A program made the translations under genes and the position numbers. A stretch of 64,000 nt of DNA, taken from NCBI GenBank assembly GCA_964468645.1, contig CAYXUU010000033.1:2138-66137 (forward strand), given 5' to 3'. This document shows positions 43,108 through 53,588 of this stretch, piece by piece (positions within the stretch are counted from its first letter, which is position 1; the number at the start of each line of letters is the position of its first letter). Source of the DNA: an uncultured Bacteroidales bacterium (GTDB taxonomy: Bacteria > Bacteroidota > Bacteroidia > Bacteroidales > JAIOZK01). Below the pieces are notes generated by a model, which ran no database searches, had not been told where the DNA came from, and saw only the letters and a list, made by a program, of their open reading frames with translations.

Positions 43108-43623
43108 ATGAAAGGTTATATTCATATCTATACAGGAAATGGAAAAGGAAAAACGACTGCCGCATTTGGGTTAGCTCTTCGAGCCTGTGGAGCTGGCCTG
43201 AATGTTTTTATTGGCCAGTTTATTAAAGGGAAAAAATATCACGAATTCATTCCTGTAAAAAAATATATGAACAATATCACGATCAGGCAGTATGGTTTGG
43301 AATGCTTCATTGTTAATACGCCATCTGAAGATGACATCAGCGCGGCAAAAGAAGGTCTGAAGGAAATGGCCAGGATCATTCAAAGTAGCAATTATGACCT
43401 CGTAATCATGGATGAAGTATTCATAGCATTATATTATAAATTGTTTAATCTTAAGGAATTAATAACAGCTATTCATAATAAACAGGAAAACATTGAACTT
43501 ATCCTTACCGGAAGGTATGCACCCCAGGAATTAATTGATATTGCAGACCTTGTTACTGAAATGAAAGAAGTGAAACATTATTATGCAAAAGGTGTGATGG
43601 CAAGAAAAGGTATTGAATATTAA
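43108..43623 (+). CDS. btuR: Cob(I)yrinic acid a,c-diamide adenosyltransferase
   Basis: YTGNGKGKTTAA, QFIKG, MDE, LTGR, KHYY...RKGIEY. Confidence 0.92.
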   Translation: MKGYIHIYTGNGKGKTTAAFGLALRACGAGLNVFIGQFIKGKKYHEFIPVKKYMNNITIRQYGLECFIVNTPSEDDISAAKEGLKEMARIIQSSNYDLVIMDEVFIALYYKLFNLKELITAIHNKQENIELILTGRYAPQELIDIADLVTEMKEVKHYYAKGVMARKGIEY

Positions 43624-43728
43624 GGTTGCCACCTGAATAAAATAAATAATTCAATCGCAATGAACTTGTTGGCACTGTTGACGTAACTGTTTACTATGTA
43701 TCTTTGTTAAGTAAATTCTTATTTGATC

Positions 43729-44676
43729 ATGCTAACACTTGTTGCACTTATTATTTCCATTATTCTGCAGTTTGTTGCGGCCTTTATCGCCTTCAGGTTA
43801 ACCAAACGCACGAAATATCGTTTATCCTGGATATTGATCTCTGTAGGCCTTTTGTTTATGGCCATCAGGAGGTTCCTGGAATTTATCTCTTTTGTCCGGC
43901 CTGAAAAAGCTGAAGATCTTACAAATTTCAACAACTGGCTTACGGTGGTCACCTCATTCGTGATCACCGCCGGAGTTATATTGATCAGTGAACTGTTTAA
44001 TTACCTGAAAAGGATTGAAAAAATAAGAGAGGATGCCGAGAAACGTGTTCTTAATGCCATCATTGAAACAGAAGAGAAAGAGCGGAAACGATTTGCAAAA
44101 GACCTTCATGATGGCCTTGGACCATTGCTTTCAACAGTAAAAATGTCGGTTTCTGCCCTGGCCGGACTTGTGAATGACCAAAAAACCAGTGTGATTATTA
44201 TTAATACAAAAAATGTTATTAATGAATCCATTAAAAGCCTGAAGGAAATATCCAACAACTTAAGCCCTCATATTCTAAATAATTTCGGATTGGCCAGCGC
44301 CATTAAGAATTTTACTGAAAAAATTAATGAAACCAATGCTGTAGTGGTTGATTTTGAAACCAATATACAGAAACTGAGGTTCGATGAAAATAAAGAGGTG
44401 ATCCTTTACAGGGTATGTTGCGAACTGGTCAACAATACACTGAACCATGCACAGGCAAATAACATAACAATACGACTCAATAAAATCAATAACCAGCTAA
44501 AGCTGATCTGTTCGGATGATGGTAAAGGATTTGATGTTCATAAGGTATTATCGGAGAAGGGCCCGGGAATGGGACTGTCCAACATGATTTCAAGAATAAA
44601 ATCTATAAAAGGTACCGTTAATATGTTTGAATTGGTACAGGGAGGAGTCCGTACAGAGATTAACATTAATATTTAA
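43729..44676 (+). CDS. Membrane sensor histidine kinase (HisKA_3)
   Basis: 3 TM; ERKRFAKDLHDGLG; DDGKGF, GMGL. Confidence 0.9.
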   Translation: MLTLVALIISIILQFVAAFIAFRLTKRTKYRLSWILISVGLLFMAIRRFLEFISFVRPEKAEDLTNFNNWLTVVTSFVITAGVILISELFNYLKRIEKIREDAEKRVLNAIIETEEKERKRFAKDLHDGLGPLLSTVKMSVSALAGLVNDQKTSVIIINTKNVINESIKSLKEISNNLSPHILNNFGLASAIKNFTEKINETNAVVVDFETNIQKLRFDENKEVILYRVCCELVNNTLNHAQANNITIRLNKINNQLKLICSDDGKGFDVHKVLSEKGPGMGLSNMISRIKSIKGTVNMFELVQGGVRTEININI

Positions 44677-44681
44677 TAATC

Positions 44682-45320
44682 GTGAAAACACATAGAATCG
44701 TAATCGTTGATGATCATAAACTATTCAGGAATGGATTGAAACTTTTACTCTCCGGATATGAAAATATGGTAGTTGTTGATGAAGCTTCAAATGGAAAGGA
44801 GTTTATCGACCGGATTGAAATTAATAAGGATTGCATCATACTTCTTGATATAGACATGCCTGTAATGAATGGTATTGAGGCCACCAGACAGGTTATAGGG
44901 AAATATCCTGAAACCAAAATCATCGCTTTGTCGATGTATGGTGAAGAAGAATATTATTATAAAATGATAGATGCCGGGGTAAAGGGTTTCCTGCTAAAGA
45001 ATTCTGATATCACAGAGGTGATAGATGCCATTGAAACAGTTGCAAATAATGGAAACTATTTTGCCAGGGAGTTATTGTATAATGTTGTCAGGAATATTAA
45101 AAAGATCACTGCCGCTGTAAGATCCAACCTTTCCGAACGCGAAACAGAGGTTTTATATCACATATGCAAAGGGATGTCGAACCAGGAAATTGCAACATTG
45201 CTGAATATCAGTAAAAGAACTGTGGATAAACACCGGGCCAGTCTGCTGAGTAAAACAGATTCGAAAAATACTGCAAACCTGGTTATGTATGCTATTAAAG
45301 AAAAACTTGTTGAGTTATGA
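44682..45320 (+). CDS. NarL/LuxR-family response regulator
   Basis: VDDH, LDIDMP, LSERETEVL...KRTVDKHR. Confidence 0.92.
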   Translation: MKTHRIVIVDDHKLFRNGLKLLLSGYENMVVVDEASNGKEFIDRIEINKDCIILLDIDMPVMNGIEATRQVIGKYPETKIIALSMYGEEEYYYKMIDAGVKGFLLKNSDITEVIDAIETVANNGNYFARELLYNVVRNIKKITAAVRSNLSERETEVLYHICKGMSNQEIATLLNISKRTVDKHRASLLSKTDSKNTANLVMYAIKEKLVEL

Positions 45321-45335
45321 AAAATCCAGCATAAA

Positions 45336-47276
45336 ATGCCCATTCGAATAAAACTTTCGATAGGATTACTCATCATTATTTTATCCTCCAATATTCTGTT
45401 AGCTTTAGTTACGTCCCTTTATGTTAATACTGTATATTTTGAAGAAGTGCAAACCCGTGTACGCCTTGATTTGAATTCAGCCCGTAATATTTATAGTAAT
45501 TCCATTGATCAGATAGAGCAAGTCTTAGGGGCGATCTCAATCAGGCGCTATATTCCTAGCCCTATCGAAGCAGGAGTTAAAAGTGAACTGACACAGGTAC
45601 TTCAAAACCTGTATAAAGGATATGACTTTGATATTCTGATGCTTATTGGAAATGATGGGCGTGTGATCTACAGGGCCCATAATCAAGAAAAGTATGGTGA
45701 TGATGTATCGGGATTCTCACTTGTTGGAAAAGCATTGGAGGAGGGGTGCGCCATTAATGGCACCATGGAAATCTCAAATGAATCATTGGGGAATGAAAGC
45801 CTTTCCCTGGCCAAAAAGGCCATAGTCAGAATTGAAGATACCCCTAAAGCCATCCCTTCCATGAAAGAGGTTGAAAAAAGAGGAATGGTCATTGGCGCGG
45901 TGGTTCCTTTTATTTCGCTGGATAAACATAATAGAGAGAATAAACTGGGATTGCTCTTTGGTGGTAAATTGTTAAACAACCATTTTAATATTGTTGACAA
46001 GATAAAATCAGAAGTATTTCAAGGCCAGTTTTACCAGGGTGAAGATATAGGAACGGCAACAATATTTTTTGATGATATCAGGATATCTACCAATGTCAGA
46101 ACAAGTGATGGTCAAAGGGCAGTTGGGAGCAGGATGAGTGCTGAGGTTTACGACCATGTAATAAATAATGGACTTATTTGGGCCGATCGTGCATTTGTTG
46201 TTAATAACTGGTACATTACTACGTATGAACCAATTAATGACCCTGAAGGGAAAATAATAGGTTCACTATATGTAGGTCTTCTTGAAGAACCTTTCAGGGA
46301 ACCACAAAGGGTAATCATAATTTTTTTTATAATCATGATATGTGTCAGCACCATTGCCAGTGTGATTATGATGTTGGTTTATACCGGAAAGTTGCTTAAA
46401 CCAATGGATAATATCATCGGAATGAGTAAAAAGGTAATTGATGGTGATTTAACCGCCAGGAGCGGTATAAGCCCATCGGGAGAAATGGGGATCCTTTGCC
46501 GGTCAATTGATCATATGGCCGAAGCAATTGAGCAACGTGAAGAGGAGTTACAAAAGATAACACAGCAACAGATCAGCCAGAGTGAAAAGTTAGCTTCGAT
46601 CGGCAGGTTGTCTGCAGGTATTGCACACGAAATTAATAACCCTCTCACAGGAGTGCTTACATTCGCGCATTTACTCAAGCAAAAGAGGAACAATGATCTT
46701 GAGGATGTGAAAGATCTTGATACGATTATCAGGGAAACAACAAGGGTAAGGGAGATCGTAAAAGGCTTGCTTGATTTCGCACGCCAGACCCCTTTTAAAA
46801 AAGAATACCACAACATCAACGATATCCTGCGCCAGATAACGAAACTCATTAAAAGCCAGAAAGAATTCAATGGAATTGCGATAAGCGAAAATTTCAAACA
46901 TAATATACCTCAGTTCTTTGGGGACAAAAACCAGTTACAACAGGTCTTTCTTAATATCATTCTTAATGCCGGTGAGGCTATAACAGGTAAAGGGGAAATA
47001 AAAATTTCCACGGATGTTGAGGATAATAAAATTGTTGTGAGGATATCTGATAATGGTTGTGGAATAACAAAGGACAGTCTTGATAAAATTTACGATCCCT
47101 TCTTTACGACCAAAGCTGTTGGAAAAGGCACTGGCCTGGGCCTTAGTATTAGCTATGGCATAATTCAGCAGCATGATGGATTAATTAAATGTAAAAGTGA
47201 AGCAGGTGTGGGTACAACTTTTTCAATTTATTTGCCACTTTATAGACAGGTAGTAAATGAAAGGATCAGGCAATGA
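45336..47276 (+). CDS. Cache-HAMP sensor histidine kinase (NtrB-like)
   Basis: RISTNV...RAVG Cache domain, GIAHEINNPL, DPFFTTK, GTGLGL. Confidence 0.92.
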   Translation: MPIRIKLSIGLLIIILSSNILLALVTSLYVNTVYFEEVQTRVRLDLNSARNIYSNSIDQIEQVLGAISIRRYIPSPIEAGVKSELTQVLQNLYKGYDFDILMLIGNDGRVIYRAHNQEKYGDDVSGFSLVGKALEEGCAINGTMEISNESLGNESLSLAKKAIVRIEDTPKAIPSMKEVEKRGMVIGAVVPFISLDKHNRENKLGLLFGGKLLNNHFNIVDKIKSEVFQGQFYQGEDIGTATIFFDDIRISTNVRTSDGQRAVGSRMSAEVYDHVINNGLIWADRAFVVNNWYITTYEPINDPEGKIIGSLYVGLLEEPFREPQRVIIIFFIIMICVSTIASVIMMLVYTGKLLKPMDNIIGMSKKVIDGDLTARSGISPSGEMGILCRSIDHMAEAIEQREEELQKITQQQISQSEKLASIGRLSAGIAHEINNPLTGVLTFAHLLKQKRNNDLEDVKDLDTIIRETTRVREIVKGLLDFARQTPFKKEYHNINDILRQITKLIKSQKEFNGIAISENFKHNIPQFFGDKNQLQQVFLNIILNAGEAITGKGEIKISTDVEDNKIVVRISDNGCGITKDSLDKIYDPFFTTKAVGKGTGLGLSISYGIIQQHDGLIKCKSEAGVGTTFSIYLPLYRQVVNERIRQ

Positions 47277-47288
47277 AAATTATTTATC

Positions 47289-48719
47289 ATGGAAAATCCT
47301 AACGGGAATGCAGTAAAATACAGGATACTGGTTATCGATGATGAACCTATCGTAGCGATGAGTTGTGACCGTATCCTCAGACAGGGGGATTTTTATGAAA
47401 TTCAACTTGAATATGATCCCCTGCAGGGACTTAAGAAAGCTTTGACCGGTACCTACGATATCATACTGCTGGATTTGGTGATGCCTGATCTTGACGGCCT
47501 TGAAATATTGAAGAGATTAAAAACCTCCGGAATATCTTCCGAGGTTATCATCATAACGGGATATGCAACTATAAAAACAGCCGTGGAAGCAATGAAACTG
47601 GGTGCAGCAGATTATATCAGTAAACCCTTTACACCTGATGAATTGAACATTGTCGTCAGGAAAGTAATTAAGCATTCGGATTTACTGAAAGAAAACATTG
47701 CCTTAAGAAATGAATTGCATCTTAATCAGGGCTTTGAAGGGATCATTGGTGACACTCGCGGGATGGAAAAGGTTTTCGCCCTGATGAAGAGAGTAGCGCC
47801 GACTGACGGAACGATCCTGATTACCGGTGAGAGCGGAACAGGTAAAGATATAATTGCAACGGCATTACACAGGTTAAGCAAAAGGAATCACAGACCCTTT
47901 GTTGCATGTGATTGCAGCTCCCTCGCCCCTACATTGCTTGAAAGTGAACTTTTCGGTCATATTAAGGGTTCCTTTTCAGGGGCAATAGCCAACAAAAAAG
48001 GGCTTTTTGAAATAGCTGATAACGGTACCCTTTTCCTCGATGAGGTATCCAACATTAGCCTTGAAACCCAGGGCAAACTACTTAGAGTGCTTGAAAACCA
48101 GCACATAAGAAAAGTTGGTGATGTGTCTGAAATAAAAATTAATATACGTTTGATTGTCGCGACAAACAGGGATTTGCATAAAATGATCGGTGATGGGACT
48201 TTCCGTGATGATCTCTTCTATCGGTTGCAGGGTGTTCCGATTCATATTCCCCCTTTAAGGGAAAGAAAAGGGGATATTCCTAAGCTGGCTTTGACATTTC
48301 TCGAAAGGTTTTCAAAAAAGAATATAATCACCGCACGTGATTTTTCACCTGAGTCCATCGAATTGATGGAGAGTTATTCATGGCCAGGAAATGTCAGGGA
48401 ATTGAAAAACCTTGTTGAAAGAATGGCTATTCTCAGCCAAAAAGAAACAATCGAACCCTACCACTTTCCTGAAGAGATAACAAACATGACGAAATACGAA
48501 GGTTTATTTAAAGTGCCTCAAACATGGGATGAGTTCGGATCGCTCAGGCAACGAATACGGGATGATGCTGTGAGGAATTTTGAAATAAAGTTTCTGATTG
48601 AAGCAATGAGACGCTCTCATGGAAACATAAGCCGGGCTGCTGATGAGGTTGGGATTCAGCGCACAAACCTTCACCTACTGCTTAAAAAACATGGAATACA
48701 AGCGAAGGATTGGAAATAA
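47289..48719 (+). CDS. Sigma54-dependent NtrC-family response regulator
   Basis: REC; GESGTGK; ESELFGHIKGSFSGA (GAFTGA variant); WPGNVREL; Fis-type HTH. Confidence 0.93.
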   Translation: MENPNGNAVKYRILVIDDEPIVAMSCDRILRQGDFYEIQLEYDPLQGLKKALTGTYDIILLDLVMPDLDGLEILKRLKTSGISSEVIIITGYATIKTAVEAMKLGAADYISKPFTPDELNIVVRKVIKHSDLLKENIALRNELHLNQGFEGIIGDTRGMEKVFALMKRVAPTDGTILITGESGTGKDIIATALHRLSKRNHRPFVACDCSSLAPTLLESELFGHIKGSFSGAIANKKGLFEIADNGTLFLDEVSNISLETQGKLLRVLENQHIRKVGDVSEIKINIRLIVATNRDLHKMIGDGTFRDDLFYRLQGVPIHIPPLRERKGDIPKLALTFLERFSKKNIITARDFSPESIELMESYSWPGNVRELKNLVERMAILSQKETIEPYHFPEEITNMTKYEGLFKVPQTWDEFGSLRQRIRDDAVRNFEIKFLIEAMRRSHGNISRAADEVGIQRTNLHLLLKKHGIQAKDWK

Positions 48720-48787
48720 ACCCAATAATCCCAACTGGATCTTGCTCACGTTTAATCGCTTTTGGCATCGTAAATGTATTCTTGCAA

Positions 48788-48828
48788 AGTGTATTAACTG
48801 GCCATACACTGTATAATAATTACATACA
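48788..48828. promoter_or_regulatory. Tandem palindromic enhancer-like sites
   Basis: AGTGTAT-N9-ATACACT (48788-48810) and TGTAT-N9-ATACA (48810-48828). Confidence 0.65.
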
Positions 48829-48977
48829 ATTTTTGGTATAATTTAAAATAATTCGATATTCGGAGCATTTTGACTTTTTGTTTTATTCCTTATAAAGTAA
48901 AGATACTGAGCTTTATAACAAAGCCTCCTTGCACTATTTTACCAACAATATAAAAATATTCTCAAAATATAAGAGTT

Positions 48978-48993
48978 TGGAACATGTGTTGCA
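48978..48993 (+). promoter_or_regulatory. Sigma54 -24/-12 promoter
   Basis: TGGAAC-atgtg-TTGCA, GG-N10-GC spacing, ~80 bp before the ATG at 49072. Confidence 0.8.
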
Positions 48994-49071
48994 TAGTTAT
49001 AAATGTTGTAAGTGATGGATTGAAATTTATTGATATAAACAAGATATAAAAACTTTTAAAAAGGAGGCATT

Positions 49072-50706
49072 ATGAAAACAAAATCAAACATATTGGTCAT
49101 TGATGATGAACGGGTAATCTGTGAAAGTTTAACAAGGATATTATCCCCGGAGGGATATAATGTCGATACAAAAACGCATCCCGGTGAAGGTTTAAATCTG
49201 GTAAAAGAGCACAATTATGATCTGCTTTTTCTGGATCTGAAGATGGAAGAGATGGATGGGTTGGATGTGCTTAAGAAGATTAGGATGGATAATAAAGAAT
49301 TACCTGTTGTTATTATAACAGGTTATCCGGGTACAGATTCGGCCATCGAATCGCTCAGGTTAAGAGCAACTGATTATATTGTGAAACCATTCTCACCTGA
49401 AGAAATACTGAATCTGGTGAGTACTATCATCCCACAGAAGGAAATTATAAGTAAAGAAAGTATTCCAAGACAGGACCAATTGGAATTACCGAAATGGGTG
49501 CCTGCAAACAAATCTGTCCGGTTCCATGAGATTTCCTGGTTAAAAGAGGGCAATGACGGGACAGTGCATTCGGGTTGTCAAATCCCCTTGTATATTGCAG
49601 GAACAATTTCAGAAATCAAATTACTAAAAGTTAATGATATCGTTTATCGTGGACTCCCATTAGCCATGGCGGTAACGAAAGATAAATCCAGGATTATGCT
49701 GCCCTCGTCAGTATCAGGTAAAATACTGGATGTCAATTATGAATTGGGGAATGATTTAACAGTTCTTGAATCCAACTTATTTGATAATAGCTGGATTGCC
49801 AGAATAGGGCCAATTGATCTTGCCGACGATTTGAAATCAACCCAGATCAGAAACGTGATGCTGATACGTAAAAACTTATCTGACATTAATCCATATTTGC
49901 CTAAACTCACTGATCTGGGTTGTAAAGTTGTTATGGAAGAATTAAACGATGTGATTTCTGGAAATTCCAAAATTATAGAAGGAGGCCTCATTATTCTTGA
50001 TGCAGTTCCCCTCGGCAAAGAAGGGCCTGAGTTTGTTCGTAAAATGAATATGGAATATCCGGAAGCAAAAATTGTGGTGATCATTAAACCAGATTCTGCA
50101 TATGAAGAGTATTATTATCAATGCAAATTATTTTATTATTGTATCGATTCCTTATTTGAGGAGGAGATAACTGATATTCTGTTCTCAGCCTTTACTTCAA
50201 TTAATATTGAAGAGAAACTTGAAACTAACCATTCAGGTATTTTGCCCGATACAATGAGCAGATTAAGGATTATTAATAAACATGGAAAACGAGTGGCATT
50301 ACTTGTTTTTGGTGAATTATTACACGTCAATAAAGGAATCGGCTATGCCCTTCTGAACAGCTTGTGTAGAAAATCCTATCCTGTTGATATACTCCGGGGC
50401 ACAAACCATGCTATACCTTCAGAAAAAGAAGGTCGGTTAATCATTGAGAGTGTTATGCAGAACAATGACCTGGTGATTACATTACATGCTGAAGACAAAC
50501 ACAAAATTCCGGGCTATATCAGCAGGGATGTTAAGGCATATTTGACCACCGATGGACTGAAGCAGAGGAAAGTAAGCCTGGTTATTCAACCAAAAATAGA
50601 GGAAGAGATCCCTTCAAGCAGGTTTAACAATGCGACCATCAAGGCTGCATCAGATTTGATTTATAATGAAATGACAACCTATGGCCAGTCAGAACAGGCT
50701 GATTGA
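49072..50706 (+). CDS. Response regulator with REC + GcvH-like (lipoyl-domain fold) + degenerate REC + unknown C-terminal domain
   Basis: IDDE/LDLKM/KPF REC; SWLKEGNDGTVHSG...SSVSGKILDVNYEL...SWIARIGP resembles the H-protein. Confidence 0.7.
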   Translation: MKTKSNILVIDDERVICESLTRILSPEGYNVDTKTHPGEGLNLVKEHNYDLLFLDLKMEEMDGLDVLKKIRMDNKELPVVIITGYPGTDSAIESLRLRATDYIVKPFSPEEILNLVSTIIPQKEIISKESIPRQDQLELPKWVPANKSVRFHEISWLKEGNDGTVHSGCQIPLYIAGTISEIKLLKVNDIVYRGLPLAMAVTKDKSRIMLPSSVSGKILDVNYELGNDLTVLESNLFDNSWIARIGPIDLADDLKSTQIRNVMLIRKNLSDINPYLPKLTDLGCKVVMEELNDVISGNSKIIEGGLIILDAVPLGKEGPEFVRKMNMEYPEAKIVVIIKPDSAYEEYYYQCKLFYYCIDSLFEEEITDILFSAFTSINIEEKLETNHSGILPDTMSRLRIINKHGKRVALLVFGELLHVNKGIGYALLNSLCRKSYPVDILRGTNHAIPSEKEGRLIIESVMQNNDLVITLHAEDKHKIPGYISRDVKAYLTTDGLKQRKVSLVIQPKIEEEIPSSRFNNATIKAASDLIYNEMTTYGQSEQAD

Positions 50707-50790
50707 TCTGCGGGATTTTTGAAAATAAATCAGCATACCTATTTCAACTATACTAACGAATAAGATGAAACCAGTTAAAAACTCGAACAA

Positions 50791-51165
50791 ATGATCAAAG
50801 AGATCAGGAATAACCCTACTGCTTTAGGGTACTGTAATTTGAATTTTGTCTATGATGTTAATACCAATCTACCGGGATTAAACCTACAGATCCTGCCCAT
50901 TGATGTGAATGGTGATGGCAGGATAGATAACAGGGAAAAAGCTATTAAAGAATTTGACAATTTCAGAAGGGCAGTTTGTATAGGTAAATATCCAAGAGAT
51001 CTGTGCAGAACGCTGTATGTCTTTTCCAGGGAAAAGCCAACGGAAGAAGCATCCAGATTGTTTCTTCGGTGGATACTGAAGGATGGCCAGCAAATGGTTG
51101 AGGATGCCGGATATTCAAAACTGACCAGTGTGGCCCGTGATCATGCATTAAAGGAACTGGATTAG
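50791..51165 (+). pseudogene. C-terminal fragment of a pstS-like paralog
   Basis: LGYCNLNFVYD...PIDVNGDGRID...GKYP...RTLY...WILKDGQ...AGY aligns with the last ~125 aa of the 51690 protein. Confidence 0.7.
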
Positions 51166-51247
51166 ATTTTAGTAAAGCAGCTTTATATAAGCTTACGTCA
51201 GGGTAGTATTTGTACCCATATTGTATTGGGGGAATACACTCATAGTT

Positions 51248-51284
51248 AAAAACCCCTTAAAATTAAGTGTTTAAGGGGTTTTTT
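51248..51284 (+). terminator. Terminator-like hairpin
   Basis: aaaaaccccttaaa...tttaaggggtttttt. Confidence 0.6.
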
Positions 51285-51329
51285 GGTTATGGCCGTAACA
51301 ATAATTTTGTTGTTTATAATCTGCTGTCT

Positions 51330-51677
51330 ATGAAAGCGCGTATGATTTTTCTGTTCCTTTTTCTACTGGTAGTTTCCTTCATAATATACCTGGATCGGGG
51401 TACTGAAAAGAAGAAAAAAAAAACAAAAGATTTTGTTTGTGTTGGTGGGGCTTACGCATTATCCCCCCTGTTGGAACTTTGGAAAGATAAATATGAACCC
51501 TCGCACAAAGGTATCAAAATACATGTTTTTCCATCCAGTTCATCCAATGGTAATCTTGCTGTTATAAAAAAAATGATCGATGTTGGTATGTATTCAGGTG
51601 ACAGAAGCACATTGCAAAATAGAGAATTGTTAAATGTTTATCCCGTTGCAATGGATGGATTAATTTATAACTTATAA
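51330..51677 (+). CDS. Membrane-anchored N-terminal lobe of a PstS-like protein (truncated or pseudogene)
   Basis: TM segment, then GGAYALSPLLELW...DVGMYS...VAMDG; stops at the hinge. Confidence 0.5.
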   Translation: MKARMIFLFLFLLVVSFIIYLDRGTEKKKKKTKDFVCVGGAYALSPLLELWKDKYEPSHKGIKIHVFPSSSSNGNLAVIKKMIDVGMYSGDRSTLQNRELLNVYPVAMDGLIYNL

Positions 51678-51689
51678 AACACCACCAAA

Positions 51690-52658
51690 ATGATTAAAAA
51701 AAACACTTATTTATTTGCAGTAAGCCTTGCATTTATTGTTATTGGATGCAATCATCCTGAAAAGAAAACGGCACAACAAACAAATAATATGAAAGGGGAA
51801 ATATCTATTTCAGGCGCTTTTGCTTTATATCCTATGACGGTTAGATGGGCTGAAGAATTCAACAAAGAATATCCTGATGTCCGGATTGATATTTCTGCTG
51901 GAGGGGCAGGCAAAGGGATGGCGGATGCTTTATCAGGAATGGTTGACTTGGGTATGTTTTCACGTGGGATTACAAAGGCTGAACTTGAAAAAGGCGCCTG
52001 GTATATTGCTGTAACCAAAGATGCCGTATTACCAACGATTAATGCAAGCAATCCTTTCCTCAATACGATCAGGAAAAGAGGAATGAACAGGGAAGATTTC
52101 CGGAGTATATTTTTGGAAACCGGGATACAAACATGGGGTAGCGTTCTAAATGAACATAATAATAATGCCAGGATAAATACTTATACAAGATCTGATGCCT
52201 GTGGAGCTGCCCAGATGTGGGGGGAATACCTTGGAAAGAACCAGGAAAGCTTATGCGGTATTGGTGTTTTCGGGGATCCTGGTATGGCCAGCGCCGTTAA
52301 AAGTGACCTGTTTGGCATCGGTTACAATAACGTAATCTATGTTTATGATATCCAAAGCCGTAAAAAGTATCCAGGACTTGAAGTCGTGCCTGTTGACCTG
52401 AATAATAATGGAGTAATCGATGGTGATGAGGAATTCTTTAATACCCTTGATGAGGTGATGAATGCCATTAAAACAGGAAAATATCCATCACCACCGGCAA
52501 GGGATCTTTACTTTGTGGCGAAAGGTAAGCCGGGAAACCACCTTGTAATTACCTTCCTGGAATGGATATTGACTAATGGACAGGACTTTGTAGATGAAGC
52601 CGGTTATGTACAGTTGTCAGGCGGGAAAATAAAAGCCGAATTAGAAAAGATCAAGTAA
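51690..52658 (+). CDS. pstS: PstS-family ABC substrate-binding lipoprotein with a non-canonical ligand site
   Basis: Lipobox IIGC; PBP2 motifs ISGAFALYP, GGAGKG, RSDACGA, GKYP..RDLY. Confidence 0.85.
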   Translation: MIKKNTYLFAVSLAFIVIGCNHPEKKTAQQTNNMKGEISISGAFALYPMTVRWAEEFNKEYPDVRIDISAGGAGKGMADALSGMVDLGMFSRGITKAELEKGAWYIAVTKDAVLPTINASNPFLNTIRKRGMNREDFRSIFLETGIQTWGSVLNEHNNNARINTYTRSDACGAAQMWGEYLGKNQESLCGIGVFGDPGMASAVKSDLFGIGYNNVIYVYDIQSRKKYPGLEVVPVDLNNNGVIDGDEEFFNTLDEVMNAIKTGKYPSPPARDLYFVAKGKPGNHLVITFLEWILTNGQDFVDEAGYVQLSGGKIKAELEKIK

Positions 52659-52673
52659 GATAAACATCTGCTG

Positions 52674-53579
52674 ATGATGAAAAGAACAATAAGTATAGGG
52701 AGGCATTTGAATAGCCGTATCCACTCCTCATGGATGCTTGCATGCCTGGTTGTTGTTGTGGCTTTGCCTTTTATACTTGGTGTCGGGCTGTTTCTCAAAT
52801 CGGAATTAATATTCCATGATCATTCTATATGGAATCTTCTTTTTTCTAAAGATTGGCGCCCCCTTGCAGGTGAGTTCGGATTCTATCCCTTTATTATCAG
52901 CTCACTCTGGGTTACAGCCCTGGCGCTTTTTATTGCAGGGCCAATTTGCCTTCTTACCGCTATTCATCTTACCCAATATGCAAAAACCTGTGTGCTGAAG
53001 ATCATGCATCCTGTTATCGATATACTTGCTGGTATCCCTTCCGTGATATATGGGGTTTGGGGGATACTGGTCATCGTGCCTTTTATATCCAATTACCTGG
53101 GGCCCATGTTAGGTAAACAGGTTTCCGGTTATTCCATTCTGGCCGGGGCCATTGTATTGTCCATCATGATCATCCCTTTTATTTTGAACGTACTCATAGA
53201 AATATTTAAAACTATCCCTGTGGAGTTATCAGAGGCTTCGCTGTCGGTAGGCGCCACAAAATGGCAAACCATAAAATTCGTCATTGTAAAAAAAGCTTTA
53301 CCGGGAATCGTATCAGCTTTTGGCCTGGGATTGTCAAGGGCTTTCGGGGAAACAATTGCCGTACTGATGGTGGTTGGTAATGTTACCAGAATCCCTCATG
53401 GGGTATTCCAACCGGGTTATCCCCTGCCGGCGCTTATTGCCAACAACTACGGTGAAATGCTCTCGATCCCTTTATACGACTCGGCCCTCATGCTGGCAGC
53501 ATTGATACTATTTGTTATTGTGATCCTTTTCAATTTTGCTTCCAGGTTGATCATCATTAGAACAGAAATACATAATTAA
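52674..53579 (+). CDS. pstC: PstC-family permease
   Basis: LAGIPSVIYG, EASLSVGATKWQ, SRAFGETIAV. Confidence 0.9.
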   Translation: MMKRTISIGRHLNSRIHSSWMLACLVVVVALPFILGVGLFLKSELIFHDHSIWNLLFSKDWRPLAGEFGFYPFIISSLWVTALALFIAGPICLLTAIHLTQYAKTCVLKIMHPVIDILAGIPSVIYGVWGILVIVPFISNYLGPMLGKQVSGYSILAGAIVLSIMIIPFILNVLIEIFKTIPVELSEASLSVGATKWQTIKFVIVKKALPGIVSAFGLGLSRAFGETIAVLMVVGNVTRIPHGVFQPGYPLPALIANNYGEMLSIPLYDSALMLAALILFVIVILFNFASRLIIIRTEIHN

Positions 53580-53588
53580 ATCGAGCAT

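Noticed and set aside
43669-43686. Second sigma54 promoter (tggcac...)
   Set aside because: The -12 position reads GT, not GC; a TATCTTTG box at 43699 explains the promoter.
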